A stretch of DNA of 64,000 nucleotides. Origin: Catajapyx aquilonaris. Its lineage: Eukaryota. The notes under the pieces were generated by a model that had not been told where the DNA came from, ran no database searches, and was given only the letters and a program-made list of their open reading frames with translations. The stretch spans positions 1 to 64,000 of the forward strand of contig JYFJ02001099.1 in assembly GCA_000934665.2 (NCBI GenBank), written 5' to 3'. Both the position numbers and the translations under genes were made by a program. Of the stretch, positions 1 to 12,813 are shown one piece after another; positions within the stretch are counted from its first letter, which is position 1; each line of letters starts with the position of its first letter.

Positions 1-425
1 GCCCCAGAAACACACATCTAATTGACCCCATGGCTGATAGCCTTCTGCAGATTTCAAGCAGCCAACATTTCAACACATATTTCCTTAGAATTGGTACACA
101 GTAATTGGCCATTGTTTGAGTTTGCAACATGTTTGATACCAAAGATTGCAATCAACAACAGGCTTGCGAGAGAGCGGCCAGAAATGCAAATAATAATTAA
201 TGAGCAAGTTTGGAAATGTAAGGCACTCTGTTAGGTCTCGGCCATGGTATATAACATGCAATCGATCTGCCCATGCAGTTATATAACATTTAAATTAATT
301 ATTATTTTGTTTATGTAGTATTATAAAAATGCCCAGTACATTTCTTATTACATTTACTTTATGAGGCGTGAAATTATTTGCAATTAAAGCTATGTGTTGA
401 TGCCAACTAAATGTGCAAAATATGT

Positions 426-2957
426 CTACCCACTACCCAAACGCCTACGTCTTTCGGATCGAAAGTGAATTAGCTCGCCAATAAGGGCCAGAGCACTGAT
501 GGCTAAAAATCCGCATAGCATAACCAAAGGTCCTTTCAGCTGACTGATTTGAAGAGCCATTGACAACTTGTAGAGCAACCTTTTTTCTCGAGCTGTCTTC
601 AGATTCATGGCTGCAATAGCTTCTCTAAAATCTTTGATGTATCTCAGCAGCACCCCGCAGGCTGCGTAGTGGTACTGGTACCTCTTTATGACCATATTCA
701 GCTTGTGATATTTGACCACAGTTATTGCGCCTATCAAATGCAGGGAGTTGTCTGGAAGTATTTCAACAGGTATGTTTCCCTCCAGGTCCATCATTTGGTA
801 GGCCACGGCCACCAATATTTCGGCCACTGATATGCAGCTGAAATCCTCTTTGCTGGCTCTTAACACGCAAGCTGTCATGTCCTTTCCATCCTGCATTTTA
901 TGTCCCATTTTCTGGTGGTACTCGATCTCAGAGTTGGTGGTCAGAATGTTGAGTGACCCTTTGACGAAATCCATAGCTCCCCATTCCCATCCAGCAGGCC
1001 ATTCGACCATTTCCTTGAACGAGTTGGGCAACTTTTCCATATCCGGAGACACCAAGAAACCGAAGAACTTGGCTTCGTATCCGCAGATAATGAGGTCGCA
1101 GAACAACCACCAGAAGCAGATCAGGATCCGGATCGATGATGGGATCGGTACCAGGTTCGGATTCTCTTCAATCAGAGCCGAGAACACGTACCTGAATGAA
1201 TAGAGCACATCAGAGCTAGGGGGCTGCTCGTTAGCTGGAAAAGGATACTGGATTTTGTATCGTGTCTTCAGGATAATAAGGAAGACAATGCTGGTGATAA
1301 GAGCTGCGAAGAACACCCCACTCCACATCCCGTTGGTGTACGGTTTGAAGATGGCTATCCAAGAGAAGAGTGGTCTGGGTGTCCTCCTGGCGCAGGTGAC
1401 AGCCGAGTTGTAGAAGCAGTTTGGGAGGTCCACGACACTCATGGCGTTTCCGTCGCAAAAGGCTGCTCCTATGTGGTTTTGTCTGTTCTGCAGCGATCCG
1501 ACCTGTTGTATACAGTACGACAATATAATCAGTACAAGAAAAACCCTCGCTTCGCTCACTGGGTACAATGGTGTGAAGGGAGCGACGATGTAGACTCTCC
1601 GTCCACCAGAGAACGAATGGATGGTTCCTCCTCCCACCCACCAGAGGCGCTGCTTCCACCCCAATTGCGCCGGCGCAGAACGGGGACCAATCGGAAACCA
1701 TTATACTGTAATATTAAAATCCTATTTCGCCGTATAGTGTTACAGCTACACTTCCGATTGGCCCCCCGTTCTGCGCATGCGCAATGGGGGTAAAGGCAGC
1801 GCCTCTGGTGGTTGGAAGGAGGAACCAGCCATCGCTATCTGCCGGAGTGTCTACATCGCTCTCTCTCCACCCAGTGAGCGAAGTGAGGGTTTGTCTAGTA
1901 GGCATATTATAAATTTTTCTAAGCTCACTATCGGCCTGAAGGTCTACATCGCTCTCTCCCTACCCCCACACCCAGTGAGCGAAGCGATGATTTTATTATT
2001 TTCTAGTATTATAGATATTTCTAAGGACACCGTCGACTTTGTTTTTGAACCTTTAAAAAGTGTGCTACTTACCATACCGGTCCAGTTCCCATCTTCCATC
2101 ATGATCTCATTCTCCACTCCCTCGATTTCAGGTGGGACATCAAAGTGCCACTCAAAGTTGAGCAGCTCACCGAGATCCATGTAGACCAGGAAGTACGGAA
2201 ACACAGGTAGCCCACTCTCGATCATATACTTGATGTCGTCTGGTGTGGTCTCGATCAGGAAGGAAATGTTGATGTGCGATCCGTACAAGTTGCGTGTGTA
2301 ATCAGGAAAGAAATGGATGTCGTGTGGTATGATACCAGAGGAGGTCTTGATCCCTCTGTGCACCAGCTTGGCGTTTCCTGCGTCGCAGTAATGACAGTTA
2401 TTCCATATCTGGATGGAGCTTGAAGATTGGTCGTACACCAGTCCCATTTGGTACAGAAACGAGAGTTCAGGGTGAAGTATTGCAGGTCCAATGTCTGAAT
2501 CAGGGCTGAAGTATATGAATCGATCAGCTCGAGGATTCAACCTGGTTACACTCGCAGAATAGGTCAGCATCGGTCGGAAATGATCACCATGGAAGATGAA
2601 CAGAAACATGACGAATTTGCCAATGATCCTCGATGTCGGTCGTTCCAACCATGAGAACCAGTACTCGAACTTGCCAGGTCCAGGATCATTTTTGGGCGGA
2701 GGTGTCGATTCGGTCCATTGGACTGACAGTGCCGAACCGCCTTGCTTGTGGATGTCCATCATCATCGAGACTAATGGTGATGGAAGTATAGGGTAGTCGT
2801 GTATCAGGACCAGGACATACTCGTGTTCTTCAGATGAGTAGATTGTCTTCACTAGAGAAGACACCAAGTCAATGTCTGTTGGGACACTCTTCGACGTCGA
2901 AGGTTTAGCACCGACGTATGCGACGGACAGCAAGAAAATCGTAACGTGTAACCCCAT
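426..2957 (-). CDS. Divergent ionotropic receptor (IR / iGluR-related chemoreceptor), 2 exons (2957-2073, 1502-426), ~650 aa
   Basis: Signal-peptide-like N-terminus MGLHVTIFLLSVAYVGA. S1-lobe motif DGNWTG(M|V)GSL is split by a phase-0 intron (ATG|gtaagt ... acaacag|GTC). Also IFKPYTNGMW before TM1, SIRILICFWWLFCDLIICGYEAKFFGFLVSP (M3-like) and a C-terminal TM after LQISQLKGP. Confidence 0.85.
1533..1900. mobile_element. Inverted-repeat (MITE-like) element in the IR intron, plus an extra partial end copy at ~1943-2006
   Basis: tacaagaaaaaccctcgcttcgctcactgg (~1533-1562) is the near reverse complement of ccagtgagcgaagtgagggtttgtctagta (1871-1900). An inner pair gatgtagac / gtctacatc is also present. 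Confidence 0.55.
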
Positions 2958-3222
2958 GGCTGTACCAGTGTAATTGTACCGGCAGTAACCGCATACACCG
3001 TACTTTTATATACGCAGTACGATCCGGAGGAGATAAAACAATCTCTGAGCAGTACGGAATTCTTTATCCTGTAATGCCACTAATGACCAACTTATCGAGC
3101 AAAGTGGATTTGCTACAATTGCCTTTTACATTTCTTATATTATTATTGTCGGAAATAAATGAAGGTCATGAAGTTGCGCAAAATTCGACTTAAAACCTAT
3201 AAAGACACAAGGTCACTTTCGG

Positions 3223-3892
3223 TTTAGACTTTATCTCATCCACACAAAAAAAGTCTTACATTGTATAGAACGGCTCTGTCCGTCTGTCTGTGGACAGGTA
3301 TCAGTGCCTAAACCGCAAGATATAGCGACAAACGGTTTTCGGATTCGGATTCAGCAGTCCACTTCCGGTTATTTCCGGGTCCATATTATGTCAATGGATC
3401 AAGCCAGGGAGCTATATACATAAGAGGCGCAAACTTCTGTCGGCGCCTTTGATGTCCGCGTCTCTCTGTTTATAGGGCGTTGCCAAGGCTGGCGGCCATT
3501 TTGAAGTGTGGGCAACGCCAACGAGGTATAAATAGGGTACAGGTAAAAATAGGGTCCGCCATCTTTGATGATTGTGGCGGCCATGGCAACTACGCTGCAA
3601 GAACACGCGCGAATCAAAGATGGCGGACCCTATTTTTGCCTGTACCCTATTTATACCTCGTTGGCGTTGCTCACACTTCAAAATGGCCGCCAGCCCTGGC
3701 AACGGCCCCAAACAGAGAGATGCGGAAATCGAATGTTTGCGCCTCTTATGTAGTATATATGCTCCCTGGTCAAGTGTCTATAAGGCCTTGGTGTTACTTG
3801 GCAATCTATGTCATTGGTGTCCAGTATGGATTTCATATATAGGCAATGAGAAAAAGTCTATTCGAATCACGATTGCATGATTTGCCTTTTTT
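3223..3892 (+). mobile_element. DINE-1/Helentron-associated (HINE-like) non-autonomous element
   Basis: 5' subTIR tagactttatctc (3225-3237) with a nearby inverted aaagtct, tctgtccgtctgtctgt microsatellite, 3' subTIR gagaaaaagtcta (3848-3860), short stem-loop cgaatca...tgatttg, then a T-run. This is the characteristic HINE layout. Confidence 0.65.
3404..3769. mobile_element. Palindromic MITE nested in the HINE-like element, 5-bp TSD TCAAG
   Basis: Ends are CCAGGGAGC...GCTCCCTGG, with ~165-bp near-perfect inverted arms. TCAAG lies at 3399-3403 and 3770-3774. Confidence 0.85.
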
Positions 3893-4027
3893 TTCTTGTT
3901 CTTCCCCCAAACGAGATATCACATCCATCACTAATATTTGATGGGCAATTGCGCAACCCTTATTCTCTAGGATACATACTTAAATTGATTGATTTTTCTA
4001 CTTTTTTTTCCCCCTCCTAATATTATA

Positions 4028-4238
4028 GGGCCGAATTCAGAGAGGTTGCTTTAACGTAAACGCGCCCGATTAAATCCTTTAGTCATCCTCGATTAGCAAA
4101 GTGCTAGCAAGTGCGATTAGGGGGCGTTTAGCGCTAATCGCCGTCTTTGTATTAGCAGGTTGATTATTTGCTAATCGAGGCTGACTAAAGGATTTAATCG
4201 GGCGCGTTTACGTTAAGCAACCTCTCTGAATTCGGCCC
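4028..4238. mobile_element. PIF/Harbinger (Tourist)-like MITE, 3-bp TSD ATA
   Basis: gggccgaattcagagaggttgct...agcaacctctctgaattcggccc with ~70-bp inverted arms. ATA flanks both sides (4025-4027, 4239-4241). Confidence 0.85.
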
Positions 4239-4705
4239 ATAGGTGCAGTACCATATTTGATGGTATATATATAAGGGGGCGAATTTAGCATGTTTTCGCA
4301 TATAAAACGAAGGACGATTTTTTGAGCTATTTTTTGGAGGGGGGAGGGGGGGGGAGTGCTGCAAATACGATATTTTGTACGTTAATTTGTTGTTGAAATC
4401 ACAAAAATATCCTGCAAGTCAGGCCACCCTTCCAACATCAGTGGTTGGAAAGGTAGTTTAACCCACAGGATGATCCCTATTTATTATCATATCGTGTACA
4501 GTACATGTCAGAACCCAAGATCAACGTTAATGTGGCGATGCTAATTAAAGAGATGTAAAAAGCGCCTCTAGTGGCCGTTTTACGTATGTAGTACTCTGAA
4601 AGGCCGCAGTGTTCTGGTGGCGCTGTGGTCGCGAAAAAAATGGCCGATTCGAGCGGGAAGGAAGGCTTTTTTTATTGAGAAGCTTTGGAACAACGGGAAA
4701 AAAGA

Positions 4706-5337
4706 ATGTCTTGGGACATTGAGTTCAAGTTCCCTCTGTGCCTGGAGGACCTGCAGAAGAGCCACGCAGACGACAGGTACACAGTCGGACACGTCTACGG
4801 GGTGTACGAGCTGCCAAGCAAGCTGCAAGGCAAGTATATCCGACAAGGCCTGGTAATGACAATGGAACGCCACACAACATGACCAGAACGGACACTGACA
4901 GAGTAACTACGGAACATGCACTAAAATAGCAAAGTATGGAACGTACACTGAAATAGCAAGTACGGAACGCACACTTAAAGAGTAAGTAAGGAAAGTACAT
5001 TAAAATAGGAAGTACGGAACGTACACTAAAATAGCAAGTATGGAACGTGCAATAAAATAGCAAGTACATGGAACGTACATTACAATAGGAAGGGCGACAT
5101 GGTGGCCGAGCGGTTAGCGCCGCAGCCTTCCACCTCTAAGGTCCCGAGTTCGATCCCCGGGTCGTACGGAGGATACAGTTATGTGGATAGAGTTTCGATG
5201 GGTTCTCTCCGTGTTTGCGTGGATTTTCTCGGGGTTCTCCCGTTTCCTCCCACTATCAAAATCCATCACATTTTCAGGCAAATGATTAAAGTCGGGTTTT
5301 CAAAAGATGATCCCCTAAGAGGCCTATCACGGGGTAT

Positions 5338-5401
<64 letters not shown>

Positions 5402-8400
5402 ATTACAAAAGGAAGTCCGGAACGTACATTAAAATAGCAAGTACGGAATGTACACTGAAATAGCAAGAGCAGAAGGTACATTACAATAGCAAGTACGGAA
5501 CATACGTATTAAATAGCAAGTGCGGAGCATACACTGAAATAGCAATTACGGAACGTACATTAAAATAGCAAGCATGGAATGTACACTGAAATAGCAAGCG
5601 CAGGAGGTACATTACAATAGCAAGTAAAGAACGTGCACTGAAATAGCAATTATGGAAAGTACATTAAAATAGCACGGAACATACATTAAAATAACAGTTA
5701 CGGAAGTTACACTGAAATAGCAAGTACGGAACTGACACTGAAATCGCAAGTGCAGAACGTACACTGAAATAGCAAGTGCAGGAGGTACATTACAATAGCA
5801 AGTATGGAACGTACACTGAAAGAACAACCATTGAACGTACACAGAAAGAGCAGCCACGGAACATGCACAAAAATAACACCTACGGAACATACGCATACAA
5901 GAACTATGGAATGTATGCAAAAAGAGCAATTGCGGAACGAGTTCTCATCATTTTTCAGTTTTCCAGCCTGAGTAAACATGCCGGATACATTGTGTTTTGG
6001 TCTTTTCAGAATGCGAGCGGGATCAGAGGTTCGAGGGGCCTGTATTTATTTTGTCGCACTTCGATACGCTGTACAGCTTCTTGACCAATTTTCATCAGTT
6101 GGACGCGGCTGTTATTGCGCGGGCCTGGAGTACTGTTTCGCCTGGTGAGCAATTAATCCTTTGCACGTTTCAGGTCCATGCGGCGGTGCGGCGTAAAGGT
6201 GCCTTTACATGTGAGCGATTTGACAAGCGAAGTTTTCGCTGAGCGGTAACATCGCTGAGAAACCCAAGTATTGTTTGAGGCCAAAATCGATTGTTACTTT
6301 GACCTCAAATGATATTGCTTCGCTTGTCAAATCATGTAAACGCACCTTAAGTTTCGTTCAGTTTTTTTAAAATTGCGAACAAACTCCAGCCGTATTTGGC
6401 AAAGAAGAGGTAATTACAATGAATTGACTGATGATTTTATTTGAGCCAACACATAGCGTATCAGTACTACTTTAAGGCTTCGTACATTATGCATGAACGG
6501 CCAATAACATACTTTCAGGTGTGACTCGGCTTACAAATGATTTGGCTCTTCTGCTGGAGGACAGTGTGCTTGACTACGAGGCTCGAGTGAAGAATTTGAA
6601 TATCCTGAAAATGATAACCTTCGCTCACTGCAAGATGTCAGAGATGCTTGAATCAAAGTACGGCCAAGCGGACATGGAAAGCGTATTGACCCTCGGCAAG
6701 GTATGTGCATTTAAAAAAATAAAGTACAGTAAATCGAATAGCCATTCGTGAAAGTCATATTTAGGAACCTAACGAAATTTTCGTAATGAAACTGATTGAA
6801 TCACTGATTGCTTTTGTAGGGTAAGAAGAAAACGAAGCAGGTAAACGCTGGCGTTGCTCTGGACTGGGACAACCAGAAGTCCGTTGGTGCTCTTAGTTTG
6901 TACCAACTTCTTCAGCTTCCGCTTCACCGCCTCTGGGATCCGCCTGTCATCGAACAAGGTTTTGTGGAGTGAGTATGTGGTCAAGCAATTGCCATTGGAC
7001 ATTGCGCAGGATATCGATTTGGTATTTATCGTAGGCGTCTCTTCTCTTTTAATAAGCGCTTACGAGGATTTGAACGAGGTAAATATTAATGATAATAGCG
7101 GGAGACACGAACTTGCAAAAATTTTATCGTAATAATTTTTAGCGAGTATTTGTTTCATGCAAGTAATTTGAAACATATTTTACCTCCTCTTTTCTTTTCT
7201 GGTCAGGTTGGTGTCCAATTGCTGCTACAAGTTGATGGAAAGTACGTCATTTGCGTACGCACGAGTAAAGAGCTACCGACGTAGCGTACTGCAGATTCTT
7301 GGCACGCTTGTGAAGAACTACAAGCACGGCCAGACTTGTTGCTTGAAAGTGGTGCAGATGTTGGGTCTTTTCGATCACCTTGTGTGCCCCTTGGCCGAGT
7401 TGGTCGTGATCGTTGCTTTGGAGTATGGGCAGAAGGGGATGGTGACGCAGGTGGTGAGGGAGATTGGTCAGACGGATACTCGGCAGCTGGATAAAGGAAG
7501 TGGGATGACACGTAGTTACGGCCTCTTTATGGTTGAGTTGGCGAAACAGATTCCGCACTCCGTATTGCCTTCGATCAACCTGCTGTTGCATCTGCTTGAG
7601 GAAGATGTAAGTGTAGCTCACATTGTGGTGCATTCAGATTTTAATTGGTGTCCTTTTCAGTCGTACGCTATGCGCAACTGTGTGCTTGGTATGCTGGGTG
7701 AAATGGTGCTTCAAGTCCTGAGCAAAACGGATGCGGACGATAATGAACGGAAGTGCCGGGATGAGTTCATCACCCATCTTATAGATCACGGTTCCGATGT
7801 CCACTCATTTGTTCGCTCCAAGGTTTGATTCTTTAGCCATTTGGAAATTTGTACTGTTACCAATTTTTTTTTCATTTCACCGCAGGTCTTGCAGATTTTT
7901 CAAAACCTGGTAGCTGACAGAAAGGTCCCAACGCAGTTTTGGAATGATGTGCTACAACTCGCAGCAGATAGACTGATGGACAAAACTAGTAGCGTGCGTA
8001 AGAGTGCGTTGCGACTTCTGTCCGAGCTTCTGCATAGGAACAGTCTATTAGCCAACGTACGTACGCTTTTTTCAAAATGACCAAACATTGCAGTGAACAA
8101 AATCCGCATGATCACATTTTGCACTTTCCAAAATGCATGTTGTGGCGATAACCGTTTTATCAATTGCACCATGCCGGATATCTCTCGTTTTTAACTGAAA
8201 TGTGCGATTTGCACAAAATTTCAAGTAAATCCGATGACCGTTGTGTTTCGATTGCCATTTCTTTTTGCAATAAGACATACTGTGTCGTGTCGCATTCCTG
8301 ATTGCCAGCGTCAATGAAATTAATTTGTTTCACAGAAAACCGATGAAGAACTGGAGGCGGACGTAAAGGCACAAACAGAAGTGTTGAAGAAGATGATCCA

Positions 8401-11400
8401 GGACGAGTCCTCACAGCGAATGGGCAACATCGAGCCGTGGGAGGTTATAGAAGAAGACGTCAGGAAATGCATAGAGGAGATAGGGAACAGAGGACTTGAA
8501 GACATATCGGACAGCCTGAAGATAGTGTTTGATGATGGCGTGATACCAGTAATCGACAAAACATTCCAGCACTTGCGCCAGCGCCAGTTCCAGGAAGCAG
8601 TTACGATCGCCAAGCAAATGGCTTCGATCTGGCCTGATTTCAGACAACTGAAGTTAGTACAAGTCCGCATCTTTTGATTGCAAAGCGGTCGCAATATCGC
8701 AATCGTATAATTGTAGGAAGGCATCGGAAGAGAAGGATGATGAAGAAGATGAGGACATGGAGGACAGTGAGGATGACGATGATGAAGACGGGAAGAAAAT
8801 CGAGCAACAGGAGAGTGAGGACGACCTGATTCTTACCTTTCTGAAGAACATTTATCGAGATGAAATGGTGAAGAGAGCTGAAGCCGAATACGGTAGGAGA
8901 ACTTCCCGTATGATCTGTTCCCGTGATTAACCCGTCAAATGTTTTTTTTCATTACACGATGTTGAAGACGGGACAAACGAGCAACAAGATGAATCTGAAT
9001 TAGTGAAAACTAATCGCCAACTACTGGAATATATTATTGAGTCCCGCCGCTTTTTGGTAATTATGTCCGAGTGCATTCCCACCGTTTATGCCCTGCTGAC
9101 CTCGAAGCAGCCGAGCGATGTTCTGGAAGCGGTGGATCTGTTTGTGGTCGCAGTGAACGCTGGAGTTCTCGCAGCGCAAGTTGGAGTGAGGAAGATGCTG
9201 CTTCTGGTTTGGTCGAAGGACGATAACATCAAGCAGGCGCTAGTTCAAGCCTACAAAAGACTGTACGTCGAGCGGCCAGGAGAAGACCCGAACAAAAAAG
9301 GGAAAAAAGATCCAGAAGACCCAAGGTTACTCTTGTTCCTTATAATCGTCTAAATGACATTACAATATGTCGTTTAATATTTCTTTTAGGCTCAGAGCAC
9401 TCCGGATAGTGGGTAACTTTATCGAGCTCGTCAAGGGAGCCTCGCATTCGGAATTAGCTTGTCTCGAGAAGCTAATGTGCGAGTTTGTCAAATCGGGAGA
9501 TATCGGACACTCGTGTTTCAAGGTTCGTTGGGAGGTAAGGTGGATACGGCTATTTTCTTATGTTGTCTGTACATGTTGCAGGTCATGTGGGAGCGATTCC
9601 AACGAAGTTTGCCCAAGACTAGCCAACAAGATGCGAGAGCTGCTTTGATACTTTTGAGAATGTGTGCTGGGTGAGTCGCAAAAATTTTTTACTGTCAAAT
9701 TTATCAGTCCGTCCGGATATGATCATGGCGAATCTTTGCAGTGCGGAGCCTGGCCTAATCCGAACGAATCTGGCGACTCTCGTGACCCTTGGCCTCTCCA
9801 GTGAAGCAGACTTAGACCTCGTGAAGAACAGCTGCATGGCCCTTATCAGGATGATTCCTCCGAAGCCCAGCTCCGAAGACCTCAACCCTCCTCTGCGGTT
9901 TCTAAATAACCACGAAATATTCGTCCAGCTCAAGACCATCTTGGTCAACAATCTTTTCTTGAAGGAAAAGTCATCCTATGTTCCCATGGCCGCAAAAGCT
10001 ATCGACGCCATTTACGGGGTAAGGCCTATAAGTTGATGGACACGAATATGTAATACCCAAACTTGTATTTGCAGTTGGCGGAGCAGCCGAACAAGATATG
10101 CGAGCAGATTGTTTATTCGGTGACGGCTGGCTTGAAGTCCAGACATGAGGAGGCAGGATACTGCGTGACTTGTGTGTCGCGATTCCTTTTCCTCATCGGA
10201 CACATATCCGCCTGCTTCTTGCACCATATGGAAGTCCGGGTGGTGGTAGAGATGAAACGGAGGGAGAACGTTAAGGAGCTGAAGGCGGGACGGCCATCTA
10301 GAGGAAGAGCATCTGCCGCTTCCCGCGCCTCCGTTTCGTTCAACCGCTCGAAAGTGAAGGCGGGATCGTCCGATGAAGATGACGCCATTGTCGGTGCTTC
10401 TGCCGAGGACGTACAATCCGACTTCGTAAATAACATCTTGGATAACCAAGTTCTTACGCCCAATAATTTGCTCGGACTCTTCAGGTAACTGAAATACTTC
10501 TGGGAATGGTCAACTTGTGATGCATTATTGTAATCGCTTTTATTTCGCCGGTGAATTTTTCTTGCAGGCCGATGCTTGTTGAACTGTGCAGAAATCCAGG
10601 GAAATATCCGAGCAAGCAGCTGTGGGTGTCGGCTGGCACTGCTCTTGCGAAGTTCATGCTGCTGTCTTCCTACTGCTGTGAGGAAAACTTGTCGGTAAGG
10701 CGGAATTGAACGGATGAGTTTATTCGGCAATTATGGGCAATGTTTTTATTCCTATCGCAGCTCCTGTTCACAATATTGGAGAAGGCTCCGTGTGCTGTAG
10801 TCCGCTCTAATATCACCGTGGCCTTGAGAGATCTGACCATGCGGCACCCAAATATGCTGGCCGCCTGGACTCCGAAGATGTACGCCCGTCTGCATGATCC
10901 GACTCCTATGGTCAGGATGAACGCCCTGTGCGTGCTGACTCATTTAATACTCAGTGACATGATCAAGGTCAAAGGCCATATTGCGGACATCGCAGGATGC
11001 ATGGTCAGCAAGGAGCCGGCGATGGCAGACGTTTCCCAGACCTTCTTTAAGGAACTGGCCCAGCGAGCCAACGCTCTCTATAACGTCATGCCGGACATTA
11101 TCTCTCGTCTGTCCGCGGAAGACACAGGAGTTGCCGAGGAACATTTCCGCACTATCATGAAGTGAGTACAGCAGTTGCAACTTCAGTGCAGGGACTGATA
11201 ATATAAATTCATGATAGGATCCTGATAGGCCTGATTACCGAGGAGAAGCAAGTGGAGTCGCTTGTGGAGAAGTTGTGCCAGCGCTTCAAGACCACGCAAC
11301 TGCAGCGGCACTGGAGGGACATTGCTTTTTGCCTTAGCTGCTTCTCCTACTCGATCCGGAGTATTAGGAAGCTGCAGGACAACATGAACTGCTTTGCGGA

Positions 11401-12210
11401 CAAGCTGCATGAAGATCAGGTCCATGAGTGTATCGCCTCGATTATAACGACAACCAGGAAGGCAGGAAAAGCTGACATCAAGGTATGAACGGTATCCGAT
11501 CAAGTCAGGCTGTTTCTTCAATGCTGTTGTGTATTCTTCAGAGCCTGCTTGACGAGCTGGAAAAGTCCATCAACGATTCTCGCGAGAAGGACGTCGAGGA
11601 TGCGGCCATGACCAACAGAGCGGAACTCTCAGCTGCGAGGAAGTCTCGTCCTCTCAAGACGCCCGCTCGGCACAACAAAGGTGCGGAGTGTCTCACAATT
11701 GCGAGTTGGGTCGCTCATTCGATTCTTGTACCCGTAGCGCCAAGAGGAGCTGTTTCGACCAAAAAGCGAGCCACCAGACGGCGAGAACGCAGCCCGCACA
11801 GCAGCGATGATGACTTTATGTCAGACGCCAGCATCGCCTCGTCTACTAGCAAGCATGGCAAAGGTAGCATACCGCTTTCTATACGTCGCGGACACTCATG
11901 TCCCCTTTTGGTTACAGGCGACAAGAGCGACTCGGAGAGTGGGACGCTAGATCCTCCGAAAAGCAAGAAAACCAGGTCTGCACGGCCAACGAAGACCAAG
12001 AGCAGGACTAAAGAGGCTCAACCTCTACCGACCCCACGCAGATCCGCAAGAAAAGCGGCCAGGCGATACGAGAATAAGGAGAACACGTTCGCTGGCTTGG
12101 ACGAAGAAGAGGAACAAATAAGTGAAGGTCAGTCATGCACTGATTTTAATGAGCGCCGAGACAATGCTCACCGCAACCCTTTTGTCATTCCAGATTCATC
12201 CGGTGATTAA
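4706..12210 (+). CDS. NCAPD2: Condensin I HEAT-repeat subunit CAP-D2 (Cnd1), multi-exon
   Basis: Exons encode SYAMRNCVLGMLGEMV, DVHSFVRSKVLQ, RLMDKTSSVRKSAL, VRSNITVALRDLTMRHPN, VLTHLILSDMIKVKGHI, NALYNVMPDIISRLS and SLVEKLCQRF, which are typical Cnd1 segments. The tail is basic and low-complexity, and the 3' exon boundaries are approximate. Confidence 0.93.
4905..5905 (+). repeat. ~28-bp minisatellite (tgaaatagcaagtacggaacgtacac) in CAP-D2 intron 1, interrupted by a SINE
   Basis: Many degenerate tandem copies on both sides of 5093-5400. Confidence 0.9.
5093..5400 (+). mobile_element. tRNA-derived SINE with V-domain-like core and (TTA)n tail
   Basis: A box tggccgagcgg and B box gttcgatcc. 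The core gttctctccgtgtttgcgtggattttctcggggttctcccgtttcctcccac resembles the V-SINE domain. About 20 TTA units follow. A ~16-bp TSD acattacaa(t/a)aggaag lies at 5077-5092 and 5400-5415. Confidence 0.85.
6197..6347. mobile_element. Harbinger-like MITE, TSD TAA, in a CAP-D2 intron
   Basis: aggtgcctttacatg...atttgacaagcgaag pairs with cttcgcttgtcaaat.catgtaaacgcacct. TAA lies at 6194-6196 and 6348-6350. Confidence 0.75.
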
Positions 12211-12536
12211 ATTACAAGTATTTTCTTCCCATTGTCTTTCCTAGTTAGCGTTACTGCCATTTTTGATATGTCCAGCGCATTGTTGTTGGACGTCCACAAA
12301 AAACATATCTGTAATATTAAAAAGAGTTTGTCTAATACTAGTGCGGTTTTGACAATGCTGCGGGTCGAATAGATCATTAAAAAAATAATCTGCAAACGCG
12401 ATTCGTTGATGCAATTAGTGACACTTCGACAACAATAGAAGTATTGTTCGGGCTATTCTAATTAGAAATTCGTTGCAGATTCAACCGATATTGTCTGCAA
12501 TTTTATTACAACATGAGAAATTAATACAGTAATGAC

Positions 12537-12602
12537 TGATTGCACAAACCGAAATTACTGATCCGACGCTATCGAATCGGTAATTTCAGTTGGTGCAATC
12601 GG
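12537..12602. repeat. Short imperfect palindrome (probable MITE remnant) between convergent CAP-D2 and NSE1
   Basis: gattgcacaaaccgaaattactgat ... atcggtaatttcagttggtgcaatc. Confidence 0.5.
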
Positions 12603-12813
12603 GGCATAAGTCATGAGATCAGGTACTGATGTTGTACAAAAAAATTGGGCAAAATAAGAACACTGGAATAATTTCGAGGGTGGAAAATTAGAAATTAAAA
12701 ACGGTTTTTATCAAGTGTGACATACATTGAACACAGTCACCCTGATATCCCCGTTAAATTTTGATCTGAATAATGTGGAGGACGATTATAACGTTTTGTT
12801 CGTCCAAGTTCGC

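Noticed and set aside
1665..1943. IR gene apparently broken into two ORFs by an insertion
   Set aside because: Canonical splice sites at 2072 and 1503 remove the region in phase.
3399..3880. Overlapping mirror-image ORFs on both strands
   Set aside because: They are a by-product of the palindromic MITE and show no coding signal.
5093..5165. Possible tRNA gene
   Set aside because: The A/B boxes continue into a SINE core, (TTA)n tail and TSD, so this is a SINE head.
5099..5437. ORF with poly-Tyr
   Set aside because: It is the translation of the SINE and its (TAT)n tail.
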